Assembly: GCA_037379345.1 (NCBI GenBank)
Contig: CM074520.1
Location: 38,474,664 to 38,538,663 of the forward strand
DNA from: Perna viridis
Lineage: Eukaryota
Reading direction: 5' to 3'
DNA length: 64,000 nt
The notes below the pieces were generated by a model. That model ran no database searches and was not told the DNA's origin. It was given only the letters and a program-made list of their open reading frames with translations. The translations under genes and the position numbers were made by a program. Positions 1 to 10,799 of the stretch are shown here, piece after piece (within the stretch, counting starts at the first letter, position 1; each line of letters opens with the position of its first letter).

Positions 1-597
1 TGCTATAGCAATTTCACCTTGCTTTACCTTGCCTTTGAAGAAGAGTGTATTCAACAGTTGTCGGGGGGGGGGGGGTAGTAATAAATAATAAAGTAACAGT
101 CGAAAAAAAGGCGTTCGGTTAACACCGCTTTACATTTCATTTAAACTGATATTAAGGAAGATATACCATTTGTCTTTTTTCCTTGTCAGAATTAAGGTCT
201 GGTAGTAGCGATCAATTAATATGCCGAACGTAGTTTTGTTAAAAACAGTTTACTTTTTACAAACAAGCCTGTTCACTTTTAAGTATGCATATAAAGGAAG
301 TTATTGTTTACCAATATAATTTCCCCATAGAAAGCAGTGCAATGACAGCTTGCATTAAATTTTCATATTCCACTTTTAGCAAATAATGTCAGGATTTGTG
401 ACACTTTCTGTGAAAAACATTCAAGTAAAAAGACCGAGTTATATTGCCATACAAAAAAATCTTATTTAAAAAAAAGTCTTATTGCATGAAAACTGGGAAA
501 TGTTATCCCTTGTAGATTGTATATTGCACTCGTTAACTCGTGCAATATAACATTTTACTCGATATTATATCCCCCAGTATGTATATATTTTATTCTA

Positions 598-968
598 TTA
601 CCACACTGTCCAGCGAGATAGGAAAGCTCCACGGCAAGATGCACGTGCTACTCGGGATAATATTTCCAGGTATTTGTGTAAAACCCTAAATCACTATTGT
701 GTAATTTCTTGAAATACAATTTATTCTTGACTTCAATAAAAATATATATCTTATTACCCCACACTGTCGAGCGAGTGTGGACAGCTCCACGGCAAATACA
801 TGTGCTACTTGGGGTTATATTTCCAAGGATGTATGTAATAACCCTATCATCATTGTATAATTTGTTGAAATTTTAGCGTAATACTTTTTTAATAAAAAAA
901 ATGTCTATATCTCATCTCCACAATGTCCAGCGAGAGTAGAAAGCTCCGCGGCAAAATGCACGTGCAAG
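598..968. repeat. Diverged tandem repeat, about 2.3 units of ~159 bp
   Basis: CCACACTGTCCAGCGAG...AAGCTCCACGGCAA...CACGTGC recurs near 600, 759 and 918. Confidence 0.85.
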
Positions 969-1492
969 TACAGGGGTACAGAATTATGAGAACAAAACTT
1001 TTCTACTAGAAAATGTTGTTTCTCGGGGAGATTGCTACATACCAAGACGTGATTCATTCCAATATATATTTTAAGAAATAAAAATATGTCATGAACGATG
1101 TTTCAAATCACATATTGTGTGTAAGTGGCTGTTGTCCTTCTCTTGACCAGCATGTCAATTTAAATACAGTTGACATTAATATATGGGGAGCATTTCAAAA
1201 CTTTATCTCGGGTATGTTATTTTGGCATTCTCAGCAAATGATACAACGATACAAACAAACAAGAAAAAATCATCTAATATTTGACACCACATTAATGTAA
1301 CTTTCTCATATCAAGGTGATGATATATCTAAAAACTTGTCTAGTTCCATAGATTTGTGTCTAGTCAGAGGAGACCTTGCGGTGAAAATTAGTCTAATTTT
1401 GTTGAAGATCAATAATAAACCTAAAATGAATTTAGTCTTCATTCTTGAAAATTCTGATAACATCGCAGCACCTTTCTATTGTGACATCAACT

Positions 1493-1827
1493 TTTTGACG
1501 TAACTTCATCGACCAATCATAAAAAATTGAATAATTATTTGAAGATAGAAACAATTTATTTGGGAATCTATGTTAGCAAAATAAATTACATAATCAATTC
1601 GTTATCGTGACTACTATGTAACCAAAATGTAACAACTCGTACCGGAGACGCTTGACGTAACTTATGTTTGGGAACATTAATCGACCAATCATAAAAATTG
1701 AATAATTATTTGAAGATAGAAACAATATTTTGGGGAAATCTATGTTAGCGAAATAAATTACATAATCAATTCGTTATCGTGACTACTAAGTAACCAAAAT
1801 GTAACAACTCGTGCCGAAGACGCTTGA
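1493..1827. repeat. Tandem direct duplication, 2 x ~172 bp
   Basis: ATCGACCAATCAT...GACGCTTGA is nearly identical at 1508 and 1680. Confidence 0.9.
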
Positions 1828-1925
1828 AGAATTAATAACTTGAAACTCTAACTTTTACTAGTAAATTGATAGCAGTAGTTATTTTTTCCACATATCCTAG
1901 AAAAAAAAGCCATTTTCGTTTTTAA

Positions 1926-2139
1926 AGGAGGTAGAGCTACGGTAAGAGACACAACGCTTAAAAAACATTGGAACGTTTGTAATCGGCATTTTACATCAAT
2001 CGTATGTGAGTATCTAATTAAATTGGATTCATTTTATTCTGCTTCAAATGAAAGCTTGAGAGTCTTTGGTGAAATTGAATCAAATACAAACGTATCACTG
2101 ATTTCAAGAGTTATGTTCCTTGCCCTAGGTCTACCTCCT
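1926..2139. mobile_element. MITE with ~21-bp terminal inverted repeats at a TTAA-like site (Kolobok-like)
   Basis: AGGAGGTAGAGCTACGGTAAG ... CTTGCCCTAGGTCTACCTCCT, flanked by TTAA and TAAA. Confidence 0.7.
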
Positions 2140-2529
2140 TAAAGGAAAATAACATAAAAAACAAGAAAACGTGGTTGGCGGTCTCATTAGGGAAAGGATT
2201 AAAAGTAATTGCTTATATAGGGAAAACTAAATTGGACCTATCAATTTCATATAGAGGCAGACTAAACAAACACTTTGATAGTAATTTCTTGAGGTTATGA
2301 GGTATAAATGCTTGGATAATACAAAAATATCACTGTGTTTCTTTCTTCGCGTGTCACATCTTATATACATTCTTAGACATAGAAGCACGTCAGTGGTTTG
2401 AAATAGGTTATTAATAAGTACTTACCAAAGCTGATATTAATCCTATGTTTAAAATTTTGCCTTCTGGTGTCTATTCCTTCAATGTGACAGTAACCAGTCT
2501 GTCAGCTTGGAAAATTGCAGCCCTTTGTT

Positions 2530-2808
2530 TCAACTCGGCGGGTTTTTTTCTAGAAAAGCAGAGGATGCTAACCCTACCGGTGCACTTGGTCCATGCCCCC
2601 CGGTTTTTTTTTTTTTTTTTTGTTTTTTTTTTTGTTTTTTGTTTTGTTTAGAGTCCGAGTTGCTCATTTACTTTTGTTACTTTGTATGTATGATTTTAGT
2701 TACTATATGTTCTTTGTTGTGTTTGTCTGTTTTCCATGTCTGGTCTTTGTCCCTGGATTACATTCTTTTGATTACCGCTAAAACCTTGGTTCCCTTGATT
2801 ACTCTTTC
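2530..2808 (+). mobile_element. 3' tail of Naiad-type Penelope-like element (solo)
   Basis: TTCTAGAAAAGCAGAGGATGCTAACCCTACCGGTGCAC...CCCTTGATTACTCT matches the sequence directly after the RT at 41040-41220. Confidence 0.85.
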
Positions 2809-4059
2809 AACTTTGGAAACTTCGGAAATGTGAAAATAATTATTTAATAAAAACATATGATTTTCTGTATTACCAATGTATATTCTAAACTTCAGCTTTC
2901 GACTTTGAAAGATATAACCAAAACAGAAGTTTGCATTGATGATTTTGTTTACTTTTAAAACACTTATTATGCCTACCTTGTAAAATATAGAAAATGTATA
3001 AATTTAACGATAATCTGGTTAATCTAATACACAATCTCATTACACCGTCCACTTGTATTAGTTGTTCATAGTAGGTGGCACTTAAAAAAATCAACATTTA
3101 TTATATTAGTAATGTTATGAAGTTGTGGTTAGGTTTGCAGGCCTATACTGAGGTAATTTCTATTCTTTTCGTTTATTTTTATGGTTTTTTTTTAATCTAG
3201 TCAGTCTAATGGATTGTATACGCAATATGGAACATTTACACATAGTTATAATACTGTCTTTTTAACAATAGCATGATTCCCATGAAAGTGTTAATAACCA
3301 AAATATGATCACGACTGCCGAAGAACGCCTAGACGGGAGAAAGTGCGAAAGTTATAAATTTACAAGCAACAGTTGCGAAAAGTGGCCCAGAAGGAACGAG
3401 TTGTAATATTTACCGGATTCCCACATTTCTGAAAACGGGACCTCAAATTCCAAAAAGTTTGCGGTCATATAAAAATTGTGACGAAGCAATGGAGAGCAGT
3501 TGGTAACTCCGTTCAACTAAGCGTTCAGTAGTAGGTTTTTTATTATGTTTATTATTATTAACTCTTGTGAAGTTAAAACTGTACTTGAAACTCTTTACTG
3601 GTACAAATATAAAGAAAGAATCACTCAAAACCCATCCTACACGTTAGGGTTAACCAATATGAAGTAGCGTTTGCCAAATACTACAAAATTGAAGGACACT
3701 CTAACTCTTTTTCACATATACACCCTAGCGAAAATAAGTATTGATTGTACCCATTATGGATGTCAGATATGCCTTTGTGACATATTTCATGCAAGTGACA
3801 AACCAAGTATTCTGTTTACATTTTTACATTAAATTGTAGTTCAATCATACAGTTCTTGAATCAATTTGATTTATTTTCAGTTAAGGTAAATTTCTCGCTC
3901 AATTTACTGGATTATATATCATTTCACAGAACCTCAAAACCCATTAGAGTATGGCATACTTAAGTTAACATATCAATACAATAACTAGACCATTCAATAA
4001 TCAGTGAAAAATTGGGTTTAATTTCATGCTTTTATCTTATTTAATTGCCTTATGACTAA

Positions 4060-4585
4060 TTAGTTTAGAGGTTTAGTTCATGGCATGATGTACACTTATG
4101 TGTTTTGAGGTCCAAGAATGTTATGCTAAACACTAATGTGTTTAGAGGTTTAGCCAGGGTCATGCTATATACTAATAGGTTAAGAGGTTCAGTTAATGCC
4201 ACGTCCAACACTAATGGGTTTGGAGGTTTAGGTAATGTCATGCAATACACTAATAGGTTTATAGGTTAAGTTAATGTCATGCCATACATTAATGGATTTA
4301 AAGATTTAGTCAGTGTCATGCTATACAATAAAATATTGTCAGGTTAAGTTAATTTCATGTTATACAATAATGAGTTAAAAGGTTCAGCTAATGTCATGTC
4401 ATACACTTATTGGTTTACATGTTTAGTTAATGTCATGCCATACACTAATGGGTTTAGAGGTTAAGTTAATGCCATGTTATACATTAATCGGTTTATAGGT
4501 TTGGTTAATGTCGGGCCATACGCTTATGGGTTTAGAAGTTCAGTTAATGTCATGCCAAACACTGATTGGTTTGAGGTGCAGTTCT
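4060..4585. repeat. Minisatellite, ~39-40 bp unit, about 13 copies
   Basis: Unit GTTAATGTCATGCCATACACTAATGGGTTTAGAGGTTTA repeated. Confidence 0.9.
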
Positions 4586-5324
4586 TGAGATGCCAGAATG
4601 ATAGGAATGTGCCTCAATTAGTTATTAGATTATGTTGAATTTCATGCAAGATTGACTACAGTGTAGTATATATATATAATAGGCTGGAAAATGTTTCATG
4701 CAAGTAAACGGACTACGAACGGCACCATATACCACTATGCTTGACAGGACCATTGTGGTATGACCAAAGGTGATTATGCCAGTCGGTGGTTGGCCTGAAG
4801 CTATCCAAGATGAACTCTGTAAATCCGCAGGGAGAATACATCCTACAGATTAAAAGTTTTCATAAACGATCCAGTAAGCTTTATTATAGTAAAAACGAAT
4901 AAAGGACACAGATTTAGCCGAACTTTCTTTTGACAAAAAGGAAACCTTTAAATTATTTATAATACAAAAAAGCATGTTATAACAATGTTTCATTAAATAT
5001 TTATTGAACACATGAATAACTTTTTATCAAATAGACGCAAACATTCCGTTTTTATCTTCTTTCATTACAATTATAAAATATAGATATACCTTAAAAAGTC
5101 ATTCGAACTTTTTTACATCTACATAACTTAGTAATATAATATTAATAGTAATATAATTATGAATTATTTTATAGATATAATTTCTTGGTAATTTTTGTTT
5201 TCTATAAACTTTTGGTAAAAGTATAGGGGAACGAAGCAGCACTAAACCAAAATGAATTTGTAAAGAATTAGAAAATAAACGACGTCAATCAGAAATCATA
5301 CACCTGTCAACCAATAGAGTAAAA

Positions 5325-5611
5325 AGGTATTTTTGATGTTTTTCTTTCCTCTGTCGGATTCCCAGGACTTTACTTTTTTATAAGCAACTTGGTGGGTGTT
5401 TCTAGAAAAGCAGAGGACGCTAACCCTACAGGTGCACCTGTTCCATGCTCCCAGGTTTTAATAGTCCGAGTTACTCATTTGCTTTTGTTACTTTGTATGT
5501 ATTATTTTAGTTACTTGATGTTCTTGTTGTGTATTTTTTTTTTCCATGTCTGGTCGCTGGATTACATTCTTTTGATTACCGCTAGAAATTTGGCTCCCTT
5601 TATTACCCTTT
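5325..5611 (+). mobile_element. 3' tail of Naiad-type Penelope-like element
   Basis: Same GGGTGTTTCTAGAAAAGCAGAGGACGC...GATTACC block. Confidence 0.85.
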
Positions 5612-5621
5612 GACGAGCAAA

Positions 5622-5623
<2 letters not shown>

Positions 5624-5671
<48 letters not shown>
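5624..5671. repeat. (TA)n microsatellite at the 3' end of the tRNA-headed element
   Basis: Direct reading. Confidence 0.95.
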
Positions 5672-5674
<3 letters not shown>

Positions 5675-6300
5675 CGTCTCAGAATATGACGACTCTATTC
5701 ACTGCACTGCTCCATCGGATCAAATTGATACAGGGAACATATGTAAACATATAGAAAGGTCTGAAAAATTCCCAACGATGTTAGAACTGTCAAATTTGCG
5801 ATACAAATGTTTGGTCGTTCCCTCCGCGGGACTCGAACTGCGGTGACATCTATGGCAACACCGCCTGCACAAAATCCAGCGCCCTAGACCACTCGGCCAG
5901 CTAGGCTATATAAAAATATAGCTTTTGCTGGCCGGGTCATTCCTCCTCTAAGGATTAATCTAGGGCTGTAACTTAGTACATGATGTATGGTAGTTCGGGA
6001 CAGTCCATTTAGATGTTATCATGTAGGATAGAGGATCAAATTAATGATGCATGTCACAACAAATCAATATTATACAAACGTCTCAGAATTTGACGACTCT
6101 ATTCACTACACTGCTCCATCGGATCAAATTGATACAGGGAAGATATGTAAACGATAATTATATATATAGAAGGGTCTGAAAAATTCCCAACGATGTTAGA
6201 ACTGTCAAATTTGCGAAGCAAATTTTTTTCGATCCCTCCGCTGGACTCGAACTCGTACCGCTGTAACATCACGAGTCCCGCGGACGGAACGACAAAAATA
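5675..6300 (-). mobile_element. tRNA-headed non-autonomous retroelement, ~1.5 tandem units of 404 bp plus a short inverted segment
   Basis: CGTCTCAGAA...TTTGCG repeated at 5675 and 6079. The minus strand carries an A box (TGGCCGAGTGG) and B box (GTTCGAGTCC). Inverted piece at 6272-6300. Confidence 0.8.
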
Positions 6301-6342
6301 TATACGCCAGTTTTTTTTGTACTGCAATGCACTACTTAAAAT

Positions 6343-6762
6343 TAGGCTTCTGGAACATGGTTATGTTGCTACAAGATTGAAGTCTTCACTATATAAGTTT
6401 TACAGTCGTCATCATTAACTGGTGGATCATTACGATGCATTCATCTGCACCATGAGAACAGATTTTATCAATGTGTCAAATTGAAGTTTTCATTTTTTCT
6501 TTCGTCGACCCTTGACTTTTTTATGAGCATCCCCGCGGATATTTTTTTTAAAGCAGCGGACGCTTACCTTACCGGTGTACCTGTTTCATGTTCCGTGTTT
6601 TAAAAGAAGTACAAGTTGCTCCTTTACTTTTAGTACTTTGTATTTATCAGTTTGGTTAAGTTATGTCCTTTGGTGTGCACGTCTTTTATACATGTTAGTA
6701 TTTGCAAATGGATTAAATTCTTTTGATTTTCTATAGAATCCTGGTTACCTTGATTACTGTCT
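6343..6762 (+). mobile_element. Naiad-type PLE fragment: RT C-terminus plus 3' tail
   Basis: Translates RLLEHGYVATRLKSSL..FY, followed by a diverged tail. Confidence 0.8.
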
Positions 6763-6767
6763 TATAC

Positions 6768-8928
6768 TAAACCTCCGCTGCCTTGCGGCTACACCCCTCG
6801 AAAGGAAAAGGCTTCAGGAGACAACCTCATGGAAAATCCAGAACTATGAATCTGTAACTTCCTACCTGTACTACCAGGATCAGAACTTCTGTTCAGAAGC
6901 TACGGGTGAGGTAACCCCGACAGACCACAACACCGAGCAGGAACAGCCAAAATGACACTTAAAACCATGAACAAACGATTTGGTGCTCGCCCTGTCAGGT
7001 CCCACCAAGGCAGGTACAGTGCCGGGCTCTCAAAGGAGCCCAACCAATGCTACTTGAGGTATCTTAGTTTTGTCTTATAGAGTCAGGGGACAAGGACAAA
7101 CAAGGAGAGCTACTGACCATATAAAGATCAAACCGAAAAGAAAAGAGCAACCACATATTAATATCGTGCAGTGGAATGCTGAAGGGGTATCAAACAAGTG
7201 AGAAGGACTTCAACGCTTCTTATTGAAAACAATGTGAACATCTGTTGTATTGAAGAAACACATCTGCAAAAGGATACCAAGTCTTCAAGAGTGATAGGAA
7301 GGAAAGAAAGAAAGGTGGTGTAATGACTCTTGGAAGAAACAATAGTAATGCCTTAGAGACAACAAAGTTTATGAAGGAAGCAGAATACATTGAAACCAAA
7401 GAAACTAATGGGAAAAGCTCGTGTAACATAGCACACGTCTACTGTCCCAATGATAAGAAACTGTCATTAGACACCATACAAATACCAGACGGTTCATTCC
7501 TCATAGTAGGTGATTTCAACAGCCAATCACAAATTTGGGAATATAATATCATGGAAAAAAGAAGGGAGACAATAGAAAACCTGCAGGATGAAAACCACCT
7601 TATCCTTGCAAACGACGCCACTGACGCGCCTACTTTTTATTCTCGTCGATGACATACAACCATCACATCAGATCTAGCTCTCTGTACTGACGATATAAAC
7701 CAACACATCAGTATAAAAGGTATGTGGCCATCTAGGAGGCAGTGATCATTGACATGTCATGACATCCACTGCAGAAATAACAGCATCTGAGTAGGCTCAG
7801 CTACCAAGATGGAATTACAAGAAGGCAAATAGGACTATGTTTCAAGCTAAACCAGATGAACTTACAAGGGACATAGAAATAGAAGAAAAGAATATTAACA
7901 ATGTGGTGAAAGCATTCAACTGTTGTATTAAAGACAGCAAAGGAAAGTATACCAAGAGGTGTAAGAAAGGACACAAGCTGGTCCAGTGAGATACAGGCAT
8001 CACACAGGGTATTCACAAGGGCAAGGGATGATGCAACAAAGATTAAATGTCAAAGAAAAGGGTGGGGAGAGAAAACATCATCTATGGATATGGAAAAGGA
8101 TTAAAAACAAAATTTGAAACTTGACAAAAGCACTGAATGGTTAAGGGAAGCAAAGGTGAAAAGATCACGCTAGAAGTTGAAGGAGAAACAACCACAGGGA
8201 AAGTGGCAGCAAATGAATTTGCTAAAGTCTATGAGAAAGAAAGCAACACTGACATACCACCATCACGGAAAAAAGAAGTAAAAACTGAATTGAAAGATCA
8301 AAGGTGCCAACACATTAACTTATGCAGAGAAATATCATCATGTTTCACATGAAGGCAGTCATCAGAAAAATTAAAATGAGAAAAGCACCAGGTCCAGATA
8401 ACATCACCAATGAAAACACCTTGGCACTTTAGCATTATCAACTGTGCTAGAGATTCTCAACCTGAGCTGGAGACAAGGTCACGTCCCTCAATGTTGGAAA
8501 GAAGCCATAATGATGCCAATACTGAAGAGGGGATATAACAAGTCGAAAGCCTCAAGTTACCGCCCAATTAGCCTAACAAGCAGGTGCTGTAATTAATGGA
8601 GCGTATAATCAACGAGCGCCTACAGACATACCCTGAATCGGAGAACATTCTTGGTCATGTCAGAAGATCAGACAAAACATCTATCTCAAGTAGTCGAGGA
8701 TGTGTTTCAATAAAAACAAATAACGCTAGCTGTCTTTGTAGATCTTCATAGAGCATTTGACAAAGTTTGAAGAGATGACCTTCTTGTGAAACTTCTTAGA
8801 TTTGGAGTAAGTGGAAGAATTTACAAATGGACCAATTCATATCTGTACAAGAGAAGGGCAAGAGTACTCGCAGATGGGAAGCATGGCCGAAAAATACTTC
8901 TAAAACAAGGTGTAACACAGGGAGAAGT
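6768..8928 (+). mobile_element. Decayed non-LTR retrotransposon (APE endonuclease + N-terminal RT, I/Ingi-like), 3'-truncated
   Basis: Motifs IVQWNAEG, ICCIEETHL, VGDFNS, APTFYSRR, KAPGPDNITNE, SYRPISLT, VFVDLHRAFDKV, QGVTQG, with many stops and frameshifts. Clade assignment is tentative. Confidence 0.85.
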
Positions 8929-8929
8929 T

Positions 8930-9700
8930 TAAAGTAAAATTTGAGGGATTTTTAATCATTTGTTCTAAGCTGCATGTGGTACAAATATGATTCATTCTCG
9001 AATTGGGGTTTTCATGGTTTTCATTAAAATCATCAGTTAATAAGACATAATCACAAGAGACATCATTGACGGTTGATTCCACAGAATGTTTTATTTTACT
9101 CCATACCTCGTTACTACTATGAGGCGGAACGTAAAAAGTTCCATATACAACGTTTTTGTCACGGATTTTTAACTGAACCAATATAACCTCAAGGTCTAAA
9201 CCAGGGCGCCTGACGGCGTTAATGTCGTCCTTGACATACACTATAGGTTCTGTAGAATCATCCCTGTCAGACTGTTTAACCATGTTTCTGTAAAAGACAA
9301 TATGTCAAACTCACTATATTCTGCTAATATCATGTATAATTTGGGTAATAAACTTTGTACATTCAAATGTAGAAACGACACTGAGTTAGATAATAATTCA
9401 TAAATGTGTGAAAACTCTGAAGCATCGCTATCAGATATGGAAATACTATCCCCAGATTCGCTTTCATGACCAAAAGGGCCTGGATTGAATTCCAACCCAG
9501 ACATAAGAAGCGACATCTCTAATACCAATAACAGTAGAACTGTTAATACATATCACATCTAATAATAACAGGCCCTGTGCTCTATTGTGTTTAATGGATA
9601 TATTAAAGAAACCCACTCTGATTCTATATTGCTCAATACCCATAATTATGTCACACTTGTCAGTACAGGTGAACGGAATGAGAGTGGGATAAACATAAAG
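8930..9700 (-). mobile_element. Decayed CR1/L2-like LINE 5' part (2A-like motif + APE endonuclease), 3'-truncated
   Basis: LLMSGLEFNPGP, SFLHLNVQSLLPK, DILSFTETWL, VYVKD, GTFYVPP, DDFN in ORFs 9241-9528 and 8900-9283. Confidence 0.8.
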
Positions 9701-10799
9701 CTGATGGATACATTCAAATACAAAGATCATAAATGGGTGCAATTTTGATAATTTCTATAATACAATGCATTTCATCAAAAGTATGTAAGTAGGAAATGTG
9801 TCAAGTAAGTGGGAAAGAATTAAAAAAAAACAAATATTTACAATGGTTTTTCCTGCGTTTAGACGCATTGTTTAGGTTGAATGTGAAAAAAAGTTGATCG
9901 TGTTAAAAATTGATCCACAATTATATTTATTTGTTTGCAAGATTTAACCTACACAGGTACACTTGAGATAAGTTCAATTAGTACGAAGTAACCGTAAAAG
10001 CATGTGGGATAAAATCATTATAATAACGATCGTGAAGACTAGACTAACGTTATGAAATAACGAATAAGATCTTGTCAAAATAATTTGTAGATCAATCGGT
10101 GTCTCTTGACCGAAGAAATAAACTATGAAAACAAGCTGTAATTTAGGTTTTTAATCATATTGTATTAAATTGTTGTAATGTTGATTTTGATACTGCTAGA
10201 TTGTATACTACGTTAAAGTCGTAGTTACACATTCAAGGGAAATAAAAAAAAATGTTGAAAAATTATTTCCATTTTTATTTCATCTTGCAGTGTCATGTTA
10301 AATGCAATTTTCAATTCCAAACAGTACAGAAAATACATATATATGGGTTAGCTATCAAAAGTTTATCGTAATGTCTTTGCACAATAAATATGTAGCGATT
10401 TCGCATTTTATGTAAATGTGATATGTTTAAGACATTTCTTATTTATACAGGTACAATTTGAACTTTCTTAAAAAATTGTTTTCAACGTAACACGAGTTAT
10501 CATCATAGATATTTGAAGTTGATGAACAATATGCCAGAATTGGGGTATTTTTGCTCTATACAAAAATAAAAACAAAAGCCAAATCAAAATTTGATAGTGA
10601 TTTTTACATACCCCCACCCCCACACACAAATACACCTCACCATAGTACTAAGGCAAGGAATACATGAATATAGCACTTACTCAAAAGGGAGCCAGAATTT
10701 TCATTATTATTAGGCAATTATAATAATTAACATAATTCTTGTTTTGTTCCCCATTTTGCATAATACTTGCAAAAACTTACATTTACGTTTGCTATGTGT

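Noticed and set aside
2445-2833. Hydrophobic ORFs such as VAHLLLLLCMYDFS recurring across the window
   Set aside because: They are translations of the T-rich non-coding Naiad tail.
3881-3885. 5-nt AG|...|GT candidates (also 21622-21626)
   Set aside because: Not frame-preserving, no paralogue support, and expected by chance.
4060-4585. CRISPR-like periodicity
   Set aside because: Contiguous degenerate units without unique spacers, in eukaryotic context with no cas genes.
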